Assembly (NCBI GenBank): GCA_030426125.1
Contig: JAUHZB010000004.1
Span: 9,253 to 73,252, forward strand
Reading direction: 5' to 3'
Source of the DNA: a bacterium
Lineage (GTDB): Bacteria; Patescibacteriota; Saccharimonadia; Saccharimonadales; AWTP1-31
Length of the DNA: 64,000 nucleotides
Shown here: positions 36,529-45,858 of the stretch, one piece after another
How positions within the stretch are numbered: position 1 is the stretch's first letter
How the letters are laid out: each line of letters starts with the position of its first letter
Notes under the pieces: generated by a model
Databases searched by the model: none
What the model was told of the DNA's origin: nothing
Seen by the model: only the letters and a program-made list of their open reading frames with translations
Made by a program: the position numbers and the translations under genes

Positions 36529-37344
36529 ATGAAATTACTAAACAATTTAACTAAGAAATCTTCTAAAAAAATAACCTTGCAGTCACTAAACAAATGGAAC
36601 AAGGTTCTAGCTGGACTGCACGCCGTTCAGGCCTTAGCTATTATAATACTTAGTAGTAGTGTTGCTTGGCCGGTGGTGACCAATTTTCTAACTTTAGACA
36701 GTGTCGCTAGTGAAATTTCAGGAGAACCAGTATTAGCTAGTGCTAGTCGGGAAATTTTCTCAGTTAATCTAGGTTATCTAGTGGCCGTATTCTTTATCAT
36801 GTCGTCAATTGCTCATCTTCTGGTAGCCACAAAACTACGAAAAAGCTATGAAGCAAATCTAAAGAAGGGCATAAATAAAGTCCGCTGGATTGAGTATGCT
36901 TTCAGCGCCAGTACTATGATGGTGGCTATTGGTCTGCTTAGTGGAATTAACGATATTGCCTCCATAGTGATGCTGTTTAGCTTAGTGCTGATTATGAATC
37001 TAATGGGTCTGGTGATGGAGATAGTCAACAGTAACAAGGCCAAGATCGATTGGTTAAGCTATAACATTGGATGCTACGCCGGTATTATCCCGTGGGTTGT
37101 TTTTGCAATTTATGTATGGGGAGCAACTTTCTATGGATCTAGTGGTATTCCAACTTTCGTTTATTGGATTTATCTAAGCATCTTCCTGTTCTTTAATAGC
37201 TTTGCTGTGAATATGTACCTTCAATACAAGAAAAAAGGCAGGTGGTCTGACTATTTATACGGTGAGCGAACTTACATGATACTTAGTTTAGTAGCAAAAA
37301 GTGCACTAGCTTGGCAGGTGTTTGCTGGAACACTTCGTCCGTAG
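36529..37344 (+). CDS. Heliorhodopsin
   Basis: Seven TM helices with full-length by-eye similarity to heliorhodopsin 48C12. Matching segments are RWIEY (Glu codon 36892-94), FLFFNSFAVNMYLQYKKKGRWSDYLYGERTYMILSLVAKSALAWQVFAGTL (Lys codon 37297-99) and a basic N-terminus. Start placed at ATG 36529, 6 nt after the extended -10 TGcTATAGT. Confidence 0.85.
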   Translation: MKLLNNLTKKSSKKITLQSLNKWNKVLAGLHAVQALAIIILSSSVAWPVVTNFLTLDSVASEISGEPVLASASREIFSVNLGYLVAVFFIMSSIAHLLVATKLRKSYEANLKKGINKVRWIEYAFSASTMMVAIGLLSGINDIASIVMLFSLVLIMNLMGLVMEIVNSNKAKIDWLSYNIGCYAGIIPWVVFAIYVWGATFYGSSGIPTFVYWIYLSIFLFFNSFAVNMYLQYKKKGRWSDYLYGERTYMILSLVAKSALAWQVFAGTLRP

Positions 37345-37373
37345 TATAAGGGTTAGGTAAGTAGTATAAGTTT

Positions 37374-38075
37374 ATGAAGGTTCATCGTTTTTATACCCCT
37401 GATGTAAGCTTGGATAAAAATATATGGGTGCGCGATTCCGGTTTGTTGAAGCAATGGCTTAAGGTGTTACGCTTCAGGCTTGGGCAACAGGTTGTGCTAT
37501 TCGATGGCAAGCAGCGTGATCGGCTGTATAAAATAATTGAAATAAATTCTAATGAAGTGAACCTTGAAATGGTTACCGATTTTGAGCCTAAACTACCAAA
37601 GCGTGATATATATCTATTTTGGTCGGTACTAAAGAAAGATAAAAATGAATGGATAGCCCAAAAAACTACTGAGCTAGGCGTCTCGCACTTGGTTCCACTG
37701 ATAGCAAGCAGGTCAGAAAAAACCAATGTAAATATAGACAGATTGCGCAAAATATCTATAGAAGCTACGGAACAATGCGGTAGGAGCGATATAGTTAGTA
37801 TTAGGGAGCCACTGACAGTAGAAAAAGCCTTAGAGCAATACGCAGGTAAGCTAGATATGTTTGTTTGTGAACAAGGCGCTAGTAGCCTGAATGAAGTCGA
37901 CAGTTCAACAAGCCCAGATAATCCGTTAGGTTTGTTGGTAGGTCCAGAGGGCGGCTGGACAGAGTCGGAGTTGGAGATGTTTGATGAACGCGGAATCAAG
38001 AAGTTTGGACTCCACGACTTTACGTTGCGGGCAGAAACGGCGGCCATTTCAGCGGTTGCAGTAATGATGCAGTAA
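37374..38075 (+). CDS. rsmE: 16S rRNA (uracil1498-N3)-methyltransferase RsmE
   Basis: MKVHRFY N-terminus, PUA-like N-domain, and a C-terminal SPOUT knot (LLVGPEGGWTESE..LRAETAAI). Confidence 0.85.
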   Translation: MKVHRFYTPDVSLDKNIWVRDSGLLKQWLKVLRFRLGQQVVLFDGKQRDRLYKIIEINSNEVNLEMVTDFEPKLPKRDIYLFWSVLKKDKNEWIAQKTTELGVSHLVPLIASRSEKTNVNIDRLRKISIEATEQCGRSDIVSIREPLTVEKALEQYAGKLDMFVCEQGASSLNEVDSSTSPDNPLGLLVGPEGGWTESELEMFDERGIKKFGLHDFTLRAETAAISAVAVMMQ

Positions 38076-38147
38076 CTTGTTTTTTTAATAAATTGAAAGT
38101 TTATATAACATCAATAACATAGGCATAATACTGCTACAATACAATCT

Positions 38148-38933
38148 ATGAACTATTGGAGACAGCGCAGTAAGCCATACCAAGTTGGCCAGAAAGAAGC
38201 TTTCAAGGTTAGTCGTAGTAAGATTGAATTGTTTATGCAGTGTAAACGCTGTTTTTGGCTAGACGTCAGACTTAAAATTACTCGGCCAAACACCCCACCT
38301 TTCAACATTAATAAAGCGATCGATGAGTTATTCAAGAAAGAGTTTGATAAGCACCGCCAGCAGGGAACCCCTCATCCAATAATGGAGCAAAACGATGTTA
38401 AAGCGATTCCGATGCAACATGAACAGCTTGATGATTGGCGCTATAATTTTACCGGTGTGACTACTGTTCATAAGCTAACCAACTTACATGTTTTCGGCGC
38501 TATTGATGATCTTTGGGTGGATGATGATGGCAATATGATAGTCGTCGACTACAAGGCTACTGCTAAAGACAAACCAGTAAGTATTGATTCAGATTGGCAG
38601 ATTAGCTATAAAAGGCAAATTGAGGTGTACCAGTGGTTGTTGCGAAGCAATGGTTACAAAGTTAGCAATACTGGCTATTTTGTATATACCAACGGACGGT
38701 TGGATTTAGACGGCTTCCATGATCGTTTAGAATTCAAAACTACATTAATCCCTTATGAGGGTGATGACAGCTGGGTAGAGCCAGCATTAAAGAAGATGAA
38801 GAAGTGTATGGACGGAGACATGCCAGCTGTCGGCAAAGCTGCAATGGGCGGAGAGTGTGATTATTGTAGCTATGCAAAAAAACGCACCTTGCTAACTATA
38901 GAACACATCAAAAAGCCTAAAAAAAGATCGTAA
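38148..38933 (+). CDS. PD-(D/E)XK nuclease, Cas4/RecB-like, with Cys residues suggesting an Fe-S cluster
   Basis: N-terminal SRSKIELFMQCKRCFWL, core IVVDYKAT, QIEVYQWLL (QxxxY), and C-terminal CMDGD..GGECDYCSY. No CRISPR or cas genes are nearby. Confidence 0.7.
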   Translation: MNYWRQRSKPYQVGQKEAFKVSRSKIELFMQCKRCFWLDVRLKITRPNTPPFNINKAIDELFKKEFDKHRQQGTPHPIMEQNDVKAIPMQHEQLDDWRYNFTGVTTVHKLTNLHVFGAIDDLWVDDDGNMIVVDYKATAKDKPVSIDSDWQISYKRQIEVYQWLLRSNGYKVSNTGYFVYTNGRLDLDGFHDRLEFKTTLIPYEGDDSWVEPALKKMKKCMDGDMPAVGKAAMGGECDYCSYAKKRTLLTIEHIKKPKKRS

Positions 38934-38954
38934 ATTTAAGGTATAATTAGTTAT

Positions 38955-40250
38955 ATGTTAGATATTCAGTATATTCGAGATAACCCTAAGCTAGTAAAAG
39001 ATAAATCACAGCAAAAAGGCTACAAAGTTGACGTAGATAAACTATTGCAGCTAGATCAAGATAGGAAGAAGATCCAGTCTGAACTCCAAGACTTAAGAGC
39101 CAAGCGGAATAGTCATAGTGGGAGTCTAGCTGGTGTAAAGCCTAGCGATCAGCAGATCAGCATCGGTAAGCAATTTAAAGAAGATATTGCTAAGCTTGAG
39201 GATCTGTTAGGGCCAGTAGACCAACAATTCAATGAGCTACTTAAAACAGTACCAAACATGCCACTAGATGATGTACCAGTTGGTGACAGCGAAGAAGATA
39301 ACCAGGTGGTGAAAACAGTTGGAGAAATACCTGAGTTCGATTTCAAGCCGAAAAATCATGCCCAGATCGCTGAAGCGAAGGGCTGGCTGGATAAAACCAG
39401 AGCAGCAAAAGTAGCTGGCAGTCGTTTCGCTTATCTAAAAGGCGATTTAGTGCTACTCGACTGGGCAATGAATATGTTTGCGTTGTCTAAGTTAACTGAT
39501 CAGCAGTTCATCGCTGACCTGGTGAAGGCCAATAATCTAAATATTAGCAGTAAACCATTTGTGGCAGTACAGCCACCGGCAGTAGCCAAGACTAAGGTTT
39601 TCGAAGCTACTGGACGGTTAAACAAGGAAGAGCAAACCTATAAGCTAGAGGATGAAGATCTATGGTTAAACGCTTCGGCTGAACATGTCTTAGCGCCAAT
39701 GTTTTTAGATGAAATTGTGCCTATTGAAGAGCTACCTATAAGATTGGTCGGCTACACTACGGCCTTCAGAAGAGAGGCCGGCACTTACGGTAAGGATATG
39801 GAAGGCATTTTTAGGTTGCATCAGTTTAATAAACTGGAAATGGAAGGTTTTAGCGATTCAGAGACAGGGCTCGGTGAACACATGTTATATATCGCCATTC
39901 AGGAAAGTCTGTTTACAGCATTAGAACTACCGTATAAGTTACTTAATAAGTGTACAGCCGACATTGGTGGACCAAATGCTCGTGGTGTCGATATTGATGT
40001 TTGGCTACCGGGCCAAGGTAGGTACCGCGAATCGCATACCGCAGATTATATGACAGATTTCCAAACCAGGAGTATGAAGAGTCGTTATAGGGATGAGCAG
40101 GGAAATATTAACTTGCTTCACACTAATGATGCCACAGTCTTCTCTCAGAGACCGTTAATTGCGATTATCGAAAATTATCAAACAAAGGATGGAGATGTAG
40201 TAATTCCAAAAGTATTAAGGCCATTTATGGGCGGTAGGGAGAAAATATGA
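38955..40250 (+). CDS. serS: Seryl-tRNA synthetase
   Basis: MLDIQYIRDNP, coiled-coil arm, FRREAGTYGKDMEGIFRLHQF, TNDATVFSQRPLIA. Confidence 0.95.
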   Translation: MLDIQYIRDNPKLVKDKSQQKGYKVDVDKLLQLDQDRKKIQSELQDLRAKRNSHSGSLAGVKPSDQQISIGKQFKEDIAKLEDLLGPVDQQFNELLKTVPNMPLDDVPVGDSEEDNQVVKTVGEIPEFDFKPKNHAQIAEAKGWLDKTRAAKVAGSRFAYLKGDLVLLDWAMNMFALSKLTDQQFIADLVKANNLNISSKPFVAVQPPAVAKTKVFEATGRLNKEEQTYKLEDEDLWLNASAEHVLAPMFLDEIVPIEELPIRLVGYTTAFRREAGTYGKDMEGIFRLHQFNKLEMEGFSDSETGLGEHMLYIAIQESLFTALELPYKLLNKCTADIGGPNARGVDIDVWLPGQGRYRESHTADYMTDFQTRSMKSRYRDEQGNINLLHTNDATVFSQRPLIAIIENYQTKDGDVVIPKVLRPFMGGREKI

Positions 40251-40618
40251 TCAACAATATAACTATTAACGGTCTTCATACTGAAGTAACTGATGAGTTG
40301 AAAAAGTATATCAATAAGAAAATCGGTAAATTAGATCGTTACCTACCAGTTCATGCTCGCAAGTCGGTGCAAGTGGACGTTAAGTTGAAGGAACGAAAAA
40401 TTAAAGCCCACACTGAATGTATGGCTGAGGTCATTATGCGCTTACCAAAGGAAACAATCACTTCTAAAGAAACCACTGTTAATTTATTTGCAGCCATAGA
40501 TGTTAGTGAAGAGAAGTTAAAGAATCAGATCAAAAAATACAAGGCTAAGCATGGCCCAGGCCGGATTCATCAGAGGGTACTGGCTAGATTAAAGCGTAGA
40601 TCCCCCAAGCTTAGTTAG
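40247..40618 (+). CDS. hpf: Ribosome hibernation factor (short HPF/RaiA family)
   Basis: ITINGLHTEVTDELKKYINKKIGKLDRY matches the S30AE/sigma-54 modulation protein pattern. It is 123 aa with no C-terminal dimerisation domain. Confidence 0.8.
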   Translation: MINNITINGLHTEVTDELKKYINKKIGKLDRYLPVHARKSVQVDVKLKERKIKAHTECMAEVIMRLPKETITSKETTVNLFAAIDVSEEKLKNQIKKYKAKHGPGRIHQRVLARLKRRSPKLS

Positions 40619-40730
40619 AATTGTTGCTTCTACAGCAAACAGTAAAAATTACTTTTAAATCAGATTGCATAATGCGCTACAATGGTTGTTGTATCACGAG
40701 AGATTACCACAAGTAGATAAAGGAAGATTA

Positions 40731-43340
40731 ATGAAGACAGTTATAAAAAAGATATTAGGTGACCCTCAGGCTAAAACAGTTAAGCGACTTCGAAAGCGAG
40801 TTAAAGACATAAACGTACTTGAAGATAAGTATAAAAAAATGTCGGACAGCAAGTTAAAGCAACAGACAGCTGAATTTAAAAAACGCTTAGCTAAAGAATC
40901 GCTTGATCAAATAATGCCCGAAGCTTTTGCAGTAGTTAGAGAAGTTGCTAGCCGAACGCTGGGAATGCGGCATTTTGATGTGCAGATGATCGGTGCTATG
41001 GCCTTGCACGAGGGAAGTGTTGCTGAAATGAAAACCGGTGAAGGAAAGACTTTGGTTGCTACAGCGCCAGTATATCTAAATGCACTTGAGGGCAAGGGTG
41101 TTCACGTTGTTACCGTAAACGATTATCTAGCTCAACGTGATGCCGGATGGATGTCCGAAATCTATAGTTTCCTAGGCTTAACTACAGGGGTAATTATCGC
41201 CGATGAATCGTATATATACGACAGTAGCTACAATAATGAAAAACATGATGACCCCAGACTAAAGCATCTAAAGCCATGTACTAGGCAGGAGGCTTACCAA
41301 GCAGACATTACTTATGGCACAAACAATGAATTCGGCTTTGATTATCTACGCGATAACATGGTTAGAGAGGTTGAGCAGTTAAGGCAAAGAGAGCTAAATT
41401 ACGCGATTGTTGATGAGGTTGACTCGATTCTTATTGATGAGGCTAGGACACCGCTAATTATCTCTGCACCGGCCAGTACTAGTGGTAATGCCTATGCTCA
41501 ATTTGCTAAGGTTGCTCGAACCCTTAAACCCGATGTCCATTACGAGGTAGATGAGAAGCAGAAGGCTTCAGTTTTAACTGATGAGGGTGTTGAATTCCTA
41601 GAAAAAACACTGGGTATAGATAACCTATACGGAAGTGACAATATTCGGACTATTTACCACCTTGATCAAGCCATTAAGGCTCAGAGCTTATTCAAGAAAG
41701 ATAAAGACTACGTTATTAGTAGCGACGGAGAAATAGTAATCGTCGATGAGTTTACTGGTCGTTTGTTAAAGGGGCGTAGATATAACGAAGGGTTGCACCA
41801 GGCCATTGAAGCTAAGGAAGGTGTAGAAGTCCAAGAAGAGTCGATGACTCTAGCTACGATTAGTTTCCAGAATTACTTCCGCTTATACAATAAATTATCT
41901 GGTATGACCGGTACTGCCAAGACTGAAAGTGAAGAATTCCACCAGATATATAAACTAGATGTACTAGAAATTCCTTCCAACCGTCCGCTAGCTAGGGTTG
42001 ATAGAGCCGATAGAATCTATAAAAGCGAAGCTGGTAAGTTTAAAGCCATAGCCAAAGAGGTCAAGCTGTTGCACCAAAAAGGTCAGCCGGTACTAATTGG
42101 TACAGTATCTATCGAAAAGAACGAAGAGTTGAGTCGACTTCTAAAAAAAGCTGGTGTTCCGCATAGCATTCTTAATGCTAAGAACAATGAGAAGGAGGCA
42201 GCTACTGTAGCTAAAGCTGGTCAATCAGGAAGTGTAACCCTAGCAACTAACATTGCTGGTCGTGGTACAGATATTGTTCTTGATGAAGAGGTTAAGAAAA
42301 AGGGCGGTTTGTTTGTGCTGGGTAGCGAAAGGCATGAATCTAGACGAATCGATAACCAGTTAAGAGGTCGTTCCGGTCGTCAGGGTGATCCTGGTGTTAC
42401 TCAATTCTTTGTAAGTACTGAAGATGATCTGATGCGAATTTTTGGTGGAGACAGAATTTCGAGTGTGATGGATCGGTTAAATGTAGACGACGAAACTCCG
42501 ATTGAAAATAGGATTATATCCAAGAGCCTAGAGTCAGCTCAGAAAAAAGTTGAAGGCCATAACTTTGATCAGCGTAAGAATGTCGTTAAGTATGATGACG
42601 TTATGAACCGGCACCGTAAGGCCACCTATAGTATGAGGCGGGAAATACTAAACCAGCCGAACATTAGTAAACGAATACAAATATTGATCAAAGAAGAGGC
42701 AAAACAACTGGCTAATTCTCCATTAGCGACCTCTGAACACTTCGAAGCAATCCTAAAAGAAGTGTTCCCATTCGATGAGAAGACTTTAGATAAATTGTTC
42801 GACCAAACCGCAGAAAAATTTGAGGAAGAATTAAAAAGCCAAGCTAGCAAACTTTACTCAGAAAGAGAGAAGTTATTTGGCGCTGATGATCTTCGAAAAA
42901 TAGAGCGAGATATATATCTGCAGATCCTAGATAATCTTTGGATGCAACACCTTGAAAACATGGATCATATGCGTGAAGGTATTCACTGGATAAGTGTCGG
43001 GCAGAGAGACCCGCTTGTTGAGTACCGAAGACAGGGTCAGCGAATGTTTGAAGAGATGCAGGCAACTCTCCGGCACGATGTAGTGCGAGCTCTGTTTAAC
43101 GCTGAACCAGCCGACATTGATGAAGCCCCAGTTGAAACTGATTTGACGGTAGCTGCTCGTAAGTCGGTAGATAACGCCGATAAAATAATTGAAGCTGATG
43201 AGTTTAGCGAAGAAGATTTCGTGAAGAGTGGGCAGAAGAAGGGTGGAACCAAAAAGATAGTTTCCTCTGCTAGTCGGAAGAAAGCTAATAAAGCGGAACG
43301 CAAAAGAAGAAAAAAAGCCAAAAGATCAAAGAAGCGCTAA
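40731..43340 (+). CDS. secA: Preprotein translocase ATPase SecA
   Basis: MKTGEGKTLVA Walker A, DEVDSILIDEARTPLIIS, TNIAGRGTDI, GRSGRQGDPG. ATG 40731 has SD aaggaag; the ORF-track N-terminal extension is discounted. Confidence 0.95.
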   Translation: MKTVIKKILGDPQAKTVKRLRKRVKDINVLEDKYKKMSDSKLKQQTAEFKKRLAKESLDQIMPEAFAVVREVASRTLGMRHFDVQMIGAMALHEGSVAEMKTGEGKTLVATAPVYLNALEGKGVHVVTVNDYLAQRDAGWMSEIYSFLGLTTGVIIADESYIYDSSYNNEKHDDPRLKHLKPCTRQEAYQADITYGTNNEFGFDYLRDNMVREVEQLRQRELNYAIVDEVDSILIDEARTPLIISAPASTSGNAYAQFAKVARTLKPDVHYEVDEKQKASVLTDEGVEFLEKTLGIDNLYGSDNIRTIYHLDQAIKAQSLFKKDKDYVISSDGEIVIVDEFTGRLLKGRRYNEGLHQAIEAKEGVEVQEESMTLATISFQNYFRLYNKLSGMTGTAKTESEEFHQIYKLDVLEIPSNRPLARVDRADRIYKSEAGKFKAIAKEVKLLHQKGQPVLIGTVSIEKNEELSRLLKKAGVPHSILNAKNNEKEAATVAKAGQSGSVTLATNIAGRGTDIVLDEEVKKKGGLFVLGSERHESRRIDNQLRGRSGRQGDPGVTQFFVSTEDDLMRIFGGDRISSVMDRLNVDDETPIENRIISKSLESAQKKVEGHNFDQRKNVVKYDDVMNRHRKATYSMRREILNQPNISKRIQILIKEEAKQLANSPLATSEHFEAILKEVFPFDEKTLDKLFDQTAEKFEEELKSQASKLYSEREKLFGADDLRKIERDIYLQILDNLWMQHLENMDHMREGIHWISVGQRDPLVEYRRQGQRMFEEMQATLRHDVVRALFNAEPADIDEAPVETDLTVAARKSVDNADKIIEADEFSEEDFVKSGQKKGGTKKIVSSASRKKANKAERKRRKKAKRSKKR

Positions 43341-43346
43341 CAAGTA

Positions 43347-44678
43347 ATGAGGCATAAAGTTGAGCATATTAAACTAGCCAATGGGGCTGAGGGTTTGCTA
43401 ATAAACATACCCGGTGCTTCGGTAATGAGTTTTGACTTTAACTTTCGAGCCGGTGAGTATTTGTCTGAGCGTCATAAGTGGGAGACTGCTCACCTTATGG
43501 AGCATCTGCTACTGGGGGCTAATCAGTTATTACCTTCGGCTACTGCTTTTCATGCTGAATTCGAGAAAAACGGGGCTTACAATAACGCTTCAACTAGCAG
43601 TTATGATATTAATTATGAAGCAGAATGTGCTGACTTCGAATGGGACAGAATTCTAGGTTTACTACTAACTGCAATATCCAAACCACTATTTTTAGAAGAT
43701 GAGTTTAAGGCTGAGTTTGGCAATGTTAAAGAAGAGTTAGCGGCCCGGTCGAATAACCATTTTAGGCACCTAGGACTGGCTACTAGAGAAAGTTTTGGAT
43801 TTCTGGCAGTGACAGATCAGGAAAGGTTAAATCTAATGAATAACGTTAAGCTGAAAGACGTTATTGATCATTACCAGGCTACTCACCAAACTAGTAATCT
43901 ACGGTTTATAATCGCTGGAAATCTGAAAGTTTCGCGTAAAACAGCGATCAAGAAACTGTTAGCAAATATTGAATTACCAGTAGGTGAGGGGCGTAGACAA
44001 CTGCCGGATGAAATGCCCAGTAAATATAATAAGCCGTTATATATCCAAAACGACACTGTTGAAAATATATATTTCTATATCGACACTTTTCGCTCAACTA
44101 AGCTTAGTGACACCGAATATGATAATTTAAGCCTAATAAATACTATGCTTACCGAAAGCCTATACTCAATGATACTGGGGACGGCCCGCGAACGTGGCCT
44201 GGTTTACTCGATGAGTTCCGGCATTAGTCAGTCAAAATTATCGGCCAACTGGTGGTTTGGAGCCCAGATATCACCCAAGAACATCCCGCAACTGTTCGAT
44301 ATTATCGTTGAAAAAATTAATGACGTATTTGCCGGTAAGATTACTCAGGATGACATTAATGCAGCTAAACAGTATGCACTAGGGAAGTATCAACGTAGTG
44401 GGCAGACGGTTGGTGGAGTAGCAAATGGTTATAGTTTCCGTTATTTCTTCGATGAGACAATAGAGGACTACTATAAGATACCAGATCGTATTGAAGCAAT
44501 AACTAAGCAAGATATTGTTTACGTATCTCGGTCATTATTCACAGATAAGATTTGGGGTCTAGGGGTTCTAGGTAATGTAAGCCAAGATTTTATAGATGAT
44601 CTTAATAGTCGCATCAGCCCACTCTGGAGTTACGATAACGATAGTGATCAATCTGAGGAATCTCTAGCGAAATCCTAG
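43347..44678 (+). CDS. M16-family (pitrilysin/insulinase-like) zinc peptidase
   Basis: Inverted zinc motif HLMEH (HxxEH) near the N-terminus; 443-aa two-lobed layout. Confidence 0.75.
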   Translation: MRHKVEHIKLANGAEGLLINIPGASVMSFDFNFRAGEYLSERHKWETAHLMEHLLLGANQLLPSATAFHAEFEKNGAYNNASTSSYDINYEAECADFEWDRILGLLLTAISKPLFLEDEFKAEFGNVKEELAARSNNHFRHLGLATRESFGFLAVTDQERLNLMNNVKLKDVIDHYQATHQTSNLRFIIAGNLKVSRKTAIKKLLANIELPVGEGRRQLPDEMPSKYNKPLYIQNDTVENIYFYIDTFRSTKLSDTEYDNLSLINTMLTESLYSMILGTARERGLVYSMSSGISQSKLSANWWFGAQISPKNIPQLFDIIVEKINDVFAGKITQDDINAAKQYALGKYQRSGQTVGGVANGYSFRYFFDETIEDYYKIPDRIEAITKQDIVYVSRSLFTDKIWGLGVLGNVSQDFIDDLNSRISPLWSYDNDSDQSEESLAKS

Positions 44679-44718
44679 ATTTGTCTTCAGTATAGTTTCT
44701 AGACTATACTGCCTGAGT

Positions 44719-45804
44719 ATGGAAGGTTTAAATAAGCAGTTAACTGAGTTAAATGAAGAAATTCTAGAGTCTATTGATTTGTTAAATATTGATGCTGCTC
44801 AGAAGCAATTAAAAGAGATTGAAGATCAGGAGCGTCAGTATGATTTCTGGGAAGACAGTACCAAAGCTCAGCAGATAATGAAGCAAAAGGCTAAGCTAGA
44901 ACAGAAACTTCAACCTTGGCTTAGTCTTCGCAAGGATAGTGTTGAGGCTATTGAGCTTAGTAAGCTGAATGATCAGCAGTTAGTCGGTGAAATACAGCAG
45001 ACTGTTAAGAATATAAAACAGCGTTTTGATGAACTTAGACAGCAGTTAAAGTTCAAAGGACCATACGATGATAGCGATGTTATTATACTGTTGGCGGCTG
45101 GTGCTGGTGGAACTGATGCTCAGGATTGGACGGCAATGCTACTAAGGATGTATAGTCGTTGGGCTGAGAAAAATGAGTATAAAGTAACTCTAATCAGTGA
45201 ATCACCCGCCGAAGAAGCAGGAATAAAAGGAGCCACTTTGGAAATTAGCGGTCTTAATGCCTACGGTAAGCTAGCGGCTGAATCAGGGGTTCACAGGTTG
45301 GTTCGTCAAAGCCCTTTTAATTCAGATAATCTTCGGCAAACTAGCTTTGCCAAGATTACGGTTTTACCAAAAATTGATAGCCCTGAACAAATAGAGATAG
45401 ATCCTAAGCAGCTTAAGATTGATGTCTTTAGGGCTGGAGGTCGCGGTGGTCAGAGTGTAAATACTACAGATTCGGCTGTTCGTATTACCCATCTGCCAAC
45501 CGGAATAACGGTTTCAATCCAGAATGAGCGGTCACAATTACAGAATAAAGAGACGGCGATGAGCATTTTGAGATCTAAACTGGCAGTTTTACTTATGGAG
45601 CAACATCAAGATAAGATCGAGGCCCTAAAGGGACCTAATACTTCGGCGGAGTGGGGCAATCAGATTAGAAATTATGTACTGCATCCATACAAGTTAGTTA
45701 AAGATTTACGTAGCAAACATGAGACCAACAATGCTGATGAGGTGTTAGATGGCGATTTAAACCCCTTTATTGAGGCTAATTTGAACTTAAAAATTTCGGA
45801 ATAA
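44719..45804 (+). CDS. prfB: Peptide chain release factor 2 (single ORF, no programmed frameshift)
   Basis: SPF tripeptide (RQSPFNS) and GGQ ([23 protein letters not shown]). The full N-terminus is in the same frame. Confidence 0.95.
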   Translation: MEGLNKQLTELNEEILESIDLLNIDAAQKQLKEIEDQERQYDFWEDSTKAQQIMKQKAKLEQKLQPWLSLRKDSVEAIELSKLNDQQLVGEIQQTVKNIKQRFDELRQQLKFKGPYDDSDVIILLAAGAGGTDAQDWTAMLLRMYSRWAEKNEYKVTLISESPAEEAGIKGATLEISGLNAYGKLAAESGVHRLVRQSPFNSDNLRQTSFAKITVLPKIDSPEQIEIDPKQLKIDVFRAGGRGGQSVNTTDSAVRITHLPTGITVSIQNERSQLQNKETAMSILRSKLAVLLMEQHQDKIEALKGPNTSAEWGNQIRNYVLHPYKLVKDLRSKHETNNADEVLDGDLNPFIEANLNLKISE

Positions 45805-45858
45805 AAATAGCACTAATAAACATAAGCAAATAAGCGGTATTTTGCTATACTAGGTTAT

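Noticed and set aside
37391-38047. 218-aa ORF on the minus strand
   Set aside because: It lies entirely antisense to rsmE, whose sense-strand translation carries clear RsmE/SPOUT motifs. The antisense product is Ser-rich and low in complexity with no start context. It is a shadow ORF.
44719-45804. Programmed +1 frameshift site in prfB
   Set aside because: The complete RF2, from the N-terminal domain through SPF and GGQ, is encoded in one uninterrupted frame. There is no in-frame UGA near codon 26.
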